This document shows, piece after piece, positions 1-7,744 of a stretch of 32,000 nucleotides of DNA; positions within the stretch are counted from its first letter, which is position 1; each line of letters opens with the position of its first letter. The translations under genes were made by a program, and so were the position numbers. Location of the stretch: assembly GCF_000145295.1 (NCBI RefSeq), contig NC_014408.1, positions 1,482,794 to 1,514,793 on the forward strand. The letters run 5' to 3'. The DNA is from Methanothermobacter marburgensis str. Marburg. Lineage in GTDB: Archaea; Methanobacteriota; Methanobacteria; Methanobacteriales; Methanothermobacteraceae. The notes beneath the pieces are model-generated. The model searched no databases. It saw only the letters and a program-made list of their open reading frames with translations, and had not been told where the DNA came from.

Positions 1-678
1 TCCGGCTTCCTGAGACATTTCCAGCAGGCGAGGAGTGTACAGAGCCCACTGTTCAGGGGGACTGCAGGGCTGTATAACCATTGAAAGTTTTTCAGGGTCA
101 TCAACGCCTTCACGGAGCCGCATGGCCAGGGCCCCGATGTATTCAGCCCCCGTTGTGGGCATCACAACCACCTTACAATATGTATTTACACCTTTTGATA
201 TTAATATGTTTATGACTTGAATCTCCCGATCAATGAGGTCATCCGAGCCGGATATATCGGATTCTGTAATATTATGGTTGAAATCCCCTGAAAAATGTTC
301 AGATGTTTTAATATCCACCGATGCGTAATCAAAGAAGTGGGATATCCTCCGGGCGCTGGCCGGGAGAGAGCCGTTGGTTTCAAGAAGAGCACTCCATGGG
401 GAATCCTCAAGAAATTCCCTGATAAAATCAGGGTAAAGAAGCGGTTCACCACCTGTGATGCTCAGTGAATGAAAATCAGGGGTCACGAGATTTTCAACCA
501 TCCCCAGAAGCTGGTCTGCTGAGAGTTCCTCTCCACAGGATGGGTCCCTGCTCTCTGGGGTGTCGCAGTAGCTGCAGTTAAGGTTGCAGCCTGCGAAACG
601 TATGAAAATCTGCCTCTTCCCTACAAGTAGGCCCTCACCCTGGATACTGCTGAAGACCTCCATAATGGGTGCCCTCAT
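1..678 (-). CDS. queE: 7-carboxy-7-deazaguanine synthase QueE (radical SAM); the 3' end runs off the left window edge
   Basis: Absent from the ORF track because it has no stop inside the window. My minus-strand translation from ATG 678 (alternative ATG 663) stays open to position 1: MRAPIMEVFSSIQGEGLLVGKRQIFIRFAGCNLNCSYCDTPES...SITGGEPLLYPDF...ETNGSLP. The SSIQGEG, CxxxCxxC radical-SAM and GGEP motifs are typical of QueE. It starts 5 nt after the queD stop. Track ORF 210..452(-) is an out-of-frame shadow. Confidence 0.85.
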   Translation of the reverse strand, partial: MRAPIMEVFSSIQGEGLLVGKRQIFIRFAGCNLNCSYCDTPESRDPSCGEELSADQLLGMVENLVTPDFHSLSITGGEPLLYPDFIREFLEDSPWSALLETNGSLPASARRISHFFDYASVDIKTSEHFSGDFNHNITESDISGSDDLIDREIQVINILISKGVNTYCKVVVMPTTGAEYIGALAMRLREGVDDPEKLSMVIQPCSPPEQWALYTPRLLEMSQEAG

Positions 679-683
679 ATGGA

Positions 684-1160
684 TCACCGGGATATGGTGT
701 AGATGGCCCCCTGTCCTATTCCCTCATTTACGCAGACCTCAACCGAGGATATGTCGTACTTTCTGACAAGCTCCTTAAAGAGGGTGGAGGCAAAGTAACG
801 TGAAAGTTCCTCTGCAGAGCTGGACTCAAGGTCAAGGAGGCAGCAGTCCTCCTCGGGTATACTGTACTCCTTACCACCGATCTCAAATTTGATGTTTCCA
901 CTTGTTGATGAGAAATTTATGAGGGGGCTTCTGAGGGGTATGAGGAGTTTATGATCAAATCTGCTGCATAGTTCTCTCACCACTGCCTTAACGTCCTTGA
1001 AGTCAGCCACGAATCCATGCTTGCCGCTCCTTTTTCCCTCCACCTTAACGTCAACTATGTATGAATGTCCATGTATGCATCCACATGACTCGTGTTCAGG
1101 TATCATGTGTGCCGCTGAAAACCTTAAATTGGCATGTATCCCGTTGATAACTATTTTCAT
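684..1160 (-). CDS. queD: 6-carboxy-5,6,7,8-tetrahydropterin synthase (QueD / PTPS family)
   Basis: Contains [21 protein letters not shown], matching the PTPS/QueD Zn-His and catalytic Cys region. The track ORF begins at GTG 1169; ATG 1160 (MKIVINGIH...) is the more likely start. Confidence 0.85.
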   Translation of the reverse strand: MKIVINGIHANLRFSAAHMIPEHESCGCIHGHSYIVDVKVEGKRSGKHGFVADFKDVKAVVRELCSRFDHKLLIPLRSPLINFSSTSGNIKFEIGGKEYSIPEEDCCLLDLESSSAEELSRYFASTLFKELVRKYDISSVEVCVNEGIGQGAIYTISR

Positions 1161-1198
1161 TTTAACCACATCTACTAATCAGAAGTGTCCCTGCCTCT

Positions 1199-1765
1199 TC
1201 AGAAGATCCTGGTCTTGCATATGTCCTCCTCGATGGAGTCAATCTCATGTATGTATGCCATGGCAACGTTCTCTGCTATCTGCACCACGCCCTCCATTCC
1301 AATTTCAGGCCTCTCATCAAGGAGCCCCACGGTATCCACATCATCTGGTGTGCCCTTCTCATGGATATTCACACCGAGGTGTATCTTCATGCTGGATACC
1401 GAGGCAGTTGCTATGGAAACCGTTAGCTTGGATGAACCTACGTAGAGGTCATCACCCTCCCTCCGGATCTCGAATCCATGGCCCCGAAGTTCCTCCATGA
1501 GGAGCATGACCAGAACCCTTTGCCTGTGATAGGATAAACGCAGACTTGCTGGCTGTTCATCAAAGTGTTCAACAATGAAGTGGAGGACATTCTCAGACTT
1601 TATCTCAAGGTCAACGTCCTCGTAGTCCACGATGTTCTTCACATCCATTGGGCCTATCCAGGTTATTATGCTCGAACCCTTTATTCCCAGTTCACTGAGG
1701 GCCCATGCAGGTTCTATCTGGCTTCCATCATAGAGGATAGGGTCCTCGAGGTGCTCATATATCAT
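1199..1765 (-). CDS. Conserved archaeal protein of unknown function (resembles the DUF366 family); first gene of the queD-queE operon
   Basis: 188-aa ORF with GGTGA 4 nt upstream of the ATG. Its stop lies 29-38 nt upstream of the queD start (GTG 1169 or ATG 1160). The family assignment is from memory of DUF366-like sequences and was not searched. Confidence 0.6.
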   Translation of the reverse strand: MIYEHLEDPILYDGSQIEPAWALSELGIKGSSIITWIGPMDVKNIVDYEDVDLEIKSENVLHFIVEHFDEQPASLRLSYHRQRVLVMLLMEELRGHGFEIRREGDDLYVGSSKLTVSIATASVSSMKIHLGVNIHEKGTPDDVDTVGLLDERPEIGMEGVVQIAENVAMAYIHEIDSIEEDICKTRIF

Positions 1766-1887
1766 TCAATCACCATCTAAATATTTGGAGGTGATCCTAT
1801 AAGTAGGATTTGAGTCACGTGAAGAGACCGTGGCAGAGATCCCACTGGGTAATTGATCCCATGTTTGAGCCACCGATGTGATTGAAA

Positions 1888-2253
1888 TCATTCAAGAACC
1901 AGTAACTCTCTGTAACCGGTTCTATCATCCATCACCCTTCTCAGTTTACCATGATAGGGTATCACGGCAAGTTCGACTGTTGTCCTTACCCTGCAATAGC
2001 CCTTGAGGTGTCCGCCAATTACCCTTCCAGAGGAATCAGCCACTGCAATGTGGATGTGGACACCATCGCCTGTGATTGTCCCCTGCAGGGATATTATCTC
2101 AAGGGGACCCTCAACCGTAAGGATGCTCTCATCCGCTGTCCTTATCCTCACACCATTGAGGCTACCTATACCCGATACAACGGCACCCGCAACTTCAAGG
2201 GCCTCCATCTCAGCCATGAGATCCATTCCAGGCTCAAGTCTTAGGAGAATCAT
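1888..2253 (-). CDS. PPC (DUF296) domain protein, putative DNA-binding
   Basis: LRLEPGMDLMAEM...GIGSLNGVRIR...GPLEIISLQGTI...HIHIAVADSSGRVIGGHL follows the PPC/DUF296 pattern. Confidence 0.7.
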   Translation of the reverse strand: MILLRLEPGMDLMAEMEALEVAGAVVSGIGSLNGVRIRTADESILTVEGPLEIISLQGTITGDGVHIHIAVADSSGRVIGGHLKGYCRVRTTVELAVIPYHGKLRRVMDDRTGYRELLVLE

Positions 2254-2356
2254 ATTAAATGATTTGCAGATCCGCCCTCATTTAATTAATCCATGGGAAT
2301 CCAGCTAACCAAGAAGAGATACACCCCCTCTGATACCTCCAGAAGAATATGAAAAG

Positions 2357-2364
2357 CTTTATAG
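2357..2364 (+). promoter_or_regulatory. Candidate archaeal TATA box (CTTTATAG) for the nucleotidyltransferase gene; its spacing implies a leaderless or near-leaderless mRNA
   Basis: An A/T box preceded by AAAAG lies about 25-30 nt upstream of ATG 2389. No SD-like motif is present before the ATG. Confidence 0.3.
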
Positions 2365-2388
2365 TTTCATCATGCATTTAATTTACCT

Positions 2389-3408
2389 ATGAAAGCCCGA
2401 ATCCGTGACTTCATATACACCTCTGATGATCTATTCTTTGCTGTTACATCATACGTTCATCCAGAAGACAGGATACTATCCTTTTTACGCTACATACCCG
2501 ACAGTGAAGGTGAAAGGTCCCTGAATTCGGCAAGATACTCAAAGGTGAATTCTGAGCTGGCATACACCTTCCTCGAGGAGAACCACCCCACCTACCTCCA
2601 CCACTATGAGGAACTCGGTGTACTCATGATGGGTGTTCCCAATGAAAGAGTGGATAGTATACTGAGGCCAGAGGAGCGCCTTCTGGATATAATGGAATCC
2701 CCAACCGATCAGCTGCTTGCCAGGGTTGTGATGATTGCCGACACCTTGCATGATGCCGCAGGGATTCCCTACAGTTCCATGGGGGTTTCAGGTTCAGTGC
2801 TTCCCGGATTGTATGACCCCCTGAACTCTGATATCGACTTTGTGGTTTACGGTTTGAGGAACCACCGGAGGGCCATGGAAGCTTTCGGTGAACTTAAGGG
2901 GGACCCTGAGAGTCCGCTGAAGGGACTGGATAAGGAACAGCTCATGAAGGTCTACAGGAAAAGGATCACCGATGACACGCTCTCCTTCAGGGAGTTCTGC
3001 TGGTATGAGCTGAGAAAGAACAACAGGGGAATAATCGATGGAACCCTATTCGACATCCTCGCTGCAAGGGACTGGAGTGAAATCCAGGGCTCATGGGCCG
3101 ATACAACCTATGAGGACTGCGGCAGGGTGACTGTCGAGTGCACAGTATCTGACGCCATCGAGGCCTTTGACAACCCTGCAAGGTACCTTGTGGAGGATGT
3201 CAGTGTACTTGAGGGGCCTGAAGCTGAAATCACTGAGGTTGTGTCCTTCACCCATACCTACGCGGGGCAGGCCAGGGAGGGTGAAAGGATAATCGCAAGG
3301 GGTAAGCTTGAAAGGTTCAGTGGAAGGGAAAACGGGTACCGGGTTGTTGTGGGGACAACAAGGGAGGCCGAGAACGAGTTCATAAAGCTAAAGGAACTCA
3401 GATTATAA
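2389..3408 (+). CDS. Predicted nucleotidyltransferase (Pol-beta superfamily) with N-terminal extension and C-terminal beta-rich (OB-like?) domain; function unknown
   Basis: [24 protein letters not shown] gives the G[SG] ... DxD minimal nucleotidyltransferase signature. About 130 aa precede it and about 120 aa follow it. Confidence 0.7.
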   Translation: MKARIRDFIYTSDDLFFAVTSYVHPEDRILSFLRYIPDSEGERSLNSARYSKVNSELAYTFLEENHPTYLHHYEELGVLMMGVPNERVDSILRPEERLLDIMESPTDQLLARVVMIADTLHDAAGIPYSSMGVSGSVLPGLYDPLNSDIDFVVYGLRNHRRAMEAFGELKGDPESPLKGLDKEQLMKVYRKRITDDTLSFREFCWYELRKNNRGIIDGTLFDILAARDWSEIQGSWADTTYEDCGRVTVECTVSDAIEAFDNPARYLVEDVSVLEGPEAEITEVVSFTHTYAGQAREGERIIARGKLERFSGRENGYRVVVGTTREAENEFIKLKELRL

Positions 3409-3460
3409 AATAACAGGTGAAAGACCCGATATACCTTAAATTAAAAAGAAAATGGGTTCA

Positions 3461-3798
3461 TTAAACCGTGGTGAATACTGATCTGAAGTCCGCTGCCATC
3501 ATGTTACCTGTGCTGGTCTTAACTGCAGTCCTTGGAACAGTGACGATGTATTTTGTACGTGCACGCCAGCTGCCAACAGGTTTTATGTAGAGCCTGTTAC
3601 CTATGATCCTCTTACTGATGGACTTCAACCTTCCAGTGGATGTTTTAACCGTTATCTTACTGTAGGCCGGCCCCGCAATTATGCCGTTACTGAAGGTTAT
3701 AACAATAATCTTGGTCCTTGAAACCCTTGTCGCACCATATTTCGGGTCAATGTAGGTCACAGCAATTGCAGATGTAAAGGAAGAACTGAAATCAGAGG
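3461..3798 (-). repeat. 338-bp near-identical segment (copy A) shared with 5312..5649; it covers the 3' ends of two adhesin-like genes
   Basis: Manual alignment at a constant offset of 1851 bp gives 11 mismatches and no indels. Similarity drops sharply beyond 3798/5649 and below the stop codons. Confidence 0.9.
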
Positions 3799-5233
3799 AA
3801 AGCGTTGCACCATCAATGGTTTTTATAGCATCCATGGGTATGGTCACTCTGTAAATCACTCCAGGACTCCATCCTCCCATAGGGACTATTATAAGCTTGT
3901 CACCCCGAACGACTTTATTTATGTACTTTAAAACACCCGTAGAAGTCTTCACAGTTATACTGCTATAGGCTGACCCCGGAGTGATGTTGGAACTGAATGT
4001 GATAGTGATATTCCTGTATCTTGGAACTGAAATAGCACCTTTAACCGGATCAATAGAGATTATTCTTATTGATCTAGCCGGATTTCTGATAAGCGGGAGA
4101 TTATCTGTTCCGCCAGTAAATGTGTAGGGGGTGTCTCCAAAACCATCTCTGTCAGAATCCACTCCATTGTAATCACTCCAGTAATTACCACCCACAGGTT
4201 TTGGCATGTTGAATATATTATCGGTGCCATGATTCTCCGCTGAAATTTCATTTGCTGCAAAAATATTTCCATATACCACTGTGTTGTTCACTGATCCGTA
4301 AATGTATAAACCCACTTTGTTATTGATGATGTTGTTATATGATATCTCATTAGAAGATGTAGGATAAAATGAGCTGAGTTCAATTCCACGGCCTCTGTTA
4401 TTCATTATCGTGTTATTTGAAACTTTATTGTTATTTGAAAGTTTTCCAATTAGAATGCCCCTTTCAGTATTGTTTGCTATAGTGTTACCACTGATTAAAT
4501 TATAAGATGATGCGTCGAGTGTTATTCCGTTCCCACTGAATGTTATCGTATTATTAAGAAGCTTATTACCATCTGCATAATGGATGTAAATTCCTTCCCC
4601 CATTGTAACTATTCTGTTTCTTAGAAGCGTATTGAATGAGCTGAAAATTAAAATTGAACTATTGGTCAGATTATTGTCTGAAACAGTGTTATTAAATGAA
4701 AGGGATCCTAGAGTTATCCCCCCACTATTCAATGTATTGCTTGAAATCGTATTATATGATGAATTGTAAAAATGGATTCCCAAAGTGCAGTTAATTATCT
4801 GATTGGATGATATAAAGTTATCCGAAGATTCAAAGAGCTGTATTCCTGTTTCGAGAGCTGTTATTCTATTATCTGTTATTCTGCATTCTGTGGATTTCAG
4901 GAATATCCCAGTGTTACCTGTTATGACAAATCCGTTCAGAACAACTTTTCTAGCAGTTATATTTACAGTGGGGCGATCAGTGTTCTGGGCATTTATCGTT
5001 GCTTTTCCTGTCCTGTTTGCCATGAGTGTTACATTTTCCCTGTTAATCTGGATGTTTTCAGTGTAGATCCCATCACCAACTATTATAATATCAGAGGGGC
5101 TACAGTCATCCAGTGCCCCCTGAATGGTGTCATAAATCTGCCCCGTCCTGTTGTTGAGAACAGCTCCAGATGATGTGCCCGATATGAGTAAGGTAAGAAT
5201 AAAGACTCCTACAATATAAGTCCTTCTAAACAT
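3461..5233 (-). CDS. Secreted adhesin-like surface protein: signal peptide, parallel beta-helix (PbH1/NosD-like) repeats and two C-terminal Ig-like (SbsA/Big_5-like) domains
   Basis: The N-terminus has a hydrophobic signal (VGVFILTLLISGTSSGA). About 13 repeats of roughly 22 aa follow, of the form N.I..N.I......GI.L. A GGNYWSDYNGVDSDRDGFGDTPY motif closes the beta-helix. Two domains of about 100 aa of type IDP..G...V.....I.ITFS..I....Y..ITVKTS.G follow. NxS/T sequons are numerous. GGTGAT lies upstream of the ATG. Confidence 0.85.
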   Translation of the reverse strand: MFRRTYIVGVFILTLLISGTSSGAVLNNRTGQIYDTIQGALDDCSPSDIIIVGDGIYTENIQINRENVTLMANRTGKATINAQNTDRPTVNITARKVVLNGFVITGNTGIFLKSTECRITDNRITALETGIQLFESSDNFISSNQIINCTLGIHFYNSSYNTISSNTLNSGGITLGSLSFNNTVSDNNLTNSSILIFSSFNTLLRNRIVTMGEGIYIHYADGNKLLNNTITFSGNGITLDASSYNLISGNTIANNTERGILIGKLSNNNKVSNNTIMNNRGRGIELSSFYPTSSNEISYNNIINNKVGLYIYGSVNNTVVYGNIFAANEISAENHGTDNIFNMPKPVGGNYWSDYNGVDSDRDGFGDTPYTFTGGTDNLPLIRNPARSIRIISIDPVKGAISVPRYRNITITFSSNITPGSAYSSITVKTSTGVLKYINKVVRGDKLIIVPMGGWSPGVIYRVTIPMDAIKTIDGATLSSDFSSSFTSAIAVTYIDPKYGATRVSRTKIIVITFSNGIIAGPAYSKITVKTSTGRLKSISKRIIGNRLYIKPVGSWRARTKYIVTVPRTAVKTSTGNMMAADFRSVFTTV

Positions 5234-5311
5234 TATATCACCCGTTGAGAATCATGATCTCATTAAAATATTCTACTCTAAGCTAACGACTAAAAAATAA
5301 AATTTGAATGG

Positions 5312-5649
5312 TTAAATGGTGGTGAATACTGATTTGAAGTCCGCTGCCATCATGTTACCTGTGCTGGTCTTAACTGCAGTCCTTGGAACAGTGACGATGT
5401 ATTTTGTACGTGCACGCCAGCTGCCAACAGGTTTTATGTAGAGCCTGTTACCTATGATCCTCTTACTGATGGACTTCAACCTTCCAGTGGATGTTTTAAC
5501 CGTTATCTTACTGTAGGCTGGCCCTGCCAGTATGCTGTTACTGAAGGTTATAATAATAGTCTTGGTCCTTGAAACCCTTGTCGCACCATATTTCGGGTCA
5601 ATGTAGGTCACAGCAATTGCAGATGTAAAGGAAGAACTGAAATCCGAGG
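5312..5649 (-). repeat. 338-bp near-identical segment (copy B) shared with 3461..3798
   Basis: Same alignment as copy A. Confidence 0.9.
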
Positions 5650-6844
5650 TGAGGGTAACTCCATTGACAGTTTTAACTGAGTTTCTTGGTACGGTAATTA
5701 TGTACCTGACACCGGGGCTCCATCCCCCAACAGGGGTAATGTAGAGCCTGTTACCAGTTATGGTCTTGTAAATCTTCTTGGAGACACCGCTGGATGTTTT
5801 GACAGTTATTTTATCATAGGCAGTACCGTTGAGGATATTCTCACTGAAGGTTATAGCAATCTTCCTGGTTGGTGAAACTGAAAGGGTGCCGTTGGCCGGG
5901 TCAACTGAGAGGACACGTAATGGTTTGAAGACTGTAACATTAACCGGTGTCATGTTATTTACAGTCACACTGTGGGTTCCATTATGAAGAGGGATGCTGA
6001 ATGTCACCGTAACCGTTGACTGTCCAGCAACTTCGACAGTCTTCTGATCAACTATAGCGCCATCCACAACAAGCAATACAATCTCATCCTTTGAAAAATC
6101 ACCGATATTTGTGATCTCAACCGTTACAGTAACATTTAATGGTTCAGTCCCATTCAAAGGTGTTACAGTGGGGTTACCGTAGTTTATGGTGGCCGGTATC
6201 AGCTCCCTGTTCACTGTGCGATTGTTGTTGCTTATACAGGCATCCCTTATATTTTTGTCCTCCAGGAGCTGGGTTGTGCCATTGTAGGGGATTGTTATGT
6301 TGACAACATGGATACCTGGCCCAAGGCCCACTGGCCTTGTTATGGTCTGTGTCTCGCCGTAATTGAGTGCGTTTATGTAGTGCACCGTTTCATTGCCATC
6401 ACAGTTTATCTTAACCATGAACTGTCCTGTGGGGTCTATGCGTGTGAGGTTGGCCCTGCCGTTGTTCCTTAGAATCACCTGAATGTTTGTGGGTGTTACT
6501 GTGGCATCAATCACCGCAAGGTCAACAATGAGGGGCCTCTGGTCTCCATGGGTTGTTGGTACATCACCCAGTCCATCCCCATTGGTGTCATTCCCTGAGT
6601 AATATGACCAGTAGTTACCTATCTCTGTGTTGTTAAGGCGGTTACCTGCTACGAAGGAATACAAACCGTTTATGAGATAGTTTCCGTAGATGCTATTATC
6701 GCTACCGGTTAGATAAATATTGGAGCAGATCGAATTAGCTATCCTGTTAGCTGTTATGGTGTTGTTAACACCGTAATTGTAGATTCCGAAATTATTGTCG
6801 GTCATGTTATTATCAATTATGCTGTTGAAGGCGGCCCCGTTCAT
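5312..6844 (-). CDS. Adhesin-like surface protein, C-terminal fragment (beta-helix repeats, two CARDB-like domains, two Ig-like domains); probably the 3' part of a frameshifted gene
   Basis: It has no signal peptide and begins in the middle of the beta-helix repeats. The reading frame stays open upstream of ATG 6844 to 6954, encoding further repeat sequence (SQIGVYLQDSSYNTISQNTFEDNTYSIS). See the frameshift finding. Confidence 0.75.
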   Translation of the reverse strand: MNGAAFNSIIDNNMTDNNFGIYNYGVNNTITANRIANSICSNIYLTGSDNSIYGNYLINGLYSFVAGNRLNNTEIGNYWSYYSGNDTNGDGLGDVPTTHGDQRPLIVDLAVIDATVTPTNIQVILRNNGRANLTRIDPTGQFMVKINCDGNETVHYINALNYGETQTITRPVGLGPGIHVVNITIPYNGTTQLLEDKNIRDACISNNNRTVNRELIPATINYGNPTVTPLNGTEPLNVTVTVEITNIGDFSKDEIVLLVVDGAIVDQKTVEVAGQSTVTVTFSIPLHNGTHSVTVNNMTPVNVTVFKPLRVLSVDPANGTLSVSPTRKIAITFSENILNGTAYDKITVKTSSGVSKKIYKTITGNRLYITPVGGWSPGVRYIITVPRNSVKTVNGVTLTSDFSSSFTSAIAVTYIDPKYGATRVSRTKTIIITFSNSILAGPAYSKITVKTSTGRLKSISKRIIGNRLYIKPVGSWRARTKYIVTVPRTAVKTSTGNMMAADFKSVFTTI

Positions 6845-6918
6845 GGAAATTGAATACGTGTTATCTTCAAATGTATTCTGGGATATGGTGTTGTATGAGG
6901 AATCCTGAAGGTATACTC

Positions 6919-7440
6919 CTATCTGAGAGTTATAATGTTTCGTGAGATCAGGTTACCTGAAGAATTTATGAGATCTATTGCGTCTCCGCCACTGGTTATA
7001 GTGTTGTATATGATTGTACTGTTGGAGGAACCGTTAAGTTTAATACCTCCAGCTGTGGTGATGTAGTTTCTTGATACTGTGCAGTTGCTGGCATTCACAA
7101 CTATTCCATAGTCATTGCCACCGGTTATATTGAATCCACGTATACCAACACCTGCTGCCTTTACGCTGATTACGGGCCGATTGGGATCAACTGGATTTAT
7201 AACAACAGCTCCCCTATTTATTGATGTGAGAAACACATTTTCCTTGTCTATCTGGATATTTTCGGTGTAGGTTCCATCATCCACCCTTATACTATCGCCA
7301 GGTCCGCAATCATCCAGTGCCCCCTGAATTGTGTCATAAACCTCTCCCTTCCTCTCATTGTAAACAGCCCCCGAGGCTGTGCCGGAAAGGGCAGCCACAA
7401 AAAAAGCAGCCAATAACAAAATAAATACCTTTCTATACAT
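6919..7440 (-). CDS. Adhesin-like surface protein, N-terminal fragment (signal peptide and first beta-helix repeats); probably the 5' part of a frameshifted gene
   Basis: MYRKVFILLLAAFFVAALSGTASGAVYNERKGEVYDTIQGALDDC is colinear with the N-terminus of the 3461..5233 protein. GGAGGTG lies directly upstream of ATG 7440; the track start 7479 is less likely. The ORF ends at TAG 6919-6921 inside a repeat unit. Confidence 0.75.
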   Translation of the reverse strand: MYRKVFILLLAAFFVAALSGTASGAVYNERKGEVYDTIQGALDDCGPGDSIRVDDGTYTENIQIDKENVFLTSINRGAVVINPVDPNRPVISVKAAGVGIRGFNITGGNDYGIVVNASNCTVSRNYITTAGGIKLNGSSNSTIIYNTITSGGDAIDLINSSGNLISRNIITLR

Positions 7441-7545
7441 ACACCTCCCCCCAACTTTATTCAGATATATTTTGAACAAAAAACAATATATAATTTTCCG
7501 CCTTATTAAATAAACCTAAAATATTGGTTAAATGAGCATGTTTTT

Positions 7546-7595
7546 CGAATGGTGCCACATCTAGCCTTTTCGAATGGTGCCACATCTAGCCCTTT
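7546..7595. repeat. Tandem direct repeat, 2 x 25 bp (CGAATGGTGCCACATCTAGCC[T/C]TTT) in a divergent intergenic region
   Basis: 7546-7570 and 7571-7595 differ at one position. Confidence 0.9.
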
Positions 7596-7744
7596 CATCA
7601 GGAACAGAAAAACCTATGAAAAGTCCTGATTTTATTGGGAAGCTGAACTATTATTAAACTGAAATGCGATAAATCATCAAAGGTGGATGGTGGAGGAACA
7701 CCAGTAGATGAAGTTATACTGTTCATTAAATTGGAGGTTTTCAT

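Noticed and set aside
210-452. 80-aa ORF on the minus strand from the track
   Set aside because: It is out of frame relative to the uninterrupted QueE reading frame that spans 678 to 1. Its sequence has no recognisable features.
997-1500. 167-aa plus-strand ORF spanning the queD/DUF366-like junction
   Set aside because: It is antisense to two well-supported genes. It is Cys/Pro/Ser-rich and low-complexity, with no RBS, so I treat it as a shadow ORF.
3461-7479. Adhesin-like cluster as a mobile genomic island
   Set aside because: It has no integrase, transposase, flanking tRNA or terminal direct repeats. The low GC may be explained by Asn/Ile/Ser/Thr-rich composition.
7546-7595. Possibility that the 25-bp tandem repeat (or the 33-bp pair at 28010-28090) is a degenerate CRISPR array linked to the Cas4-like gene
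   Set aside because: Each has only two copies. The 25-mers have no spacer between them, and the 33-mers are separated by only 15 bp. There is no leader and no other cas genes, and neither lies next to the Cas4-like gene.
7600-7744. Tiny ORFs upstream of hom (for example MKSPDFIGKLNYY), as a possible leader peptide or attenuator
   Set aside because: They have no RBS, no Thr/Met/Ile codon run and no alternative hairpins that I could identify. Attenuation of this kind is not established in methanogens.
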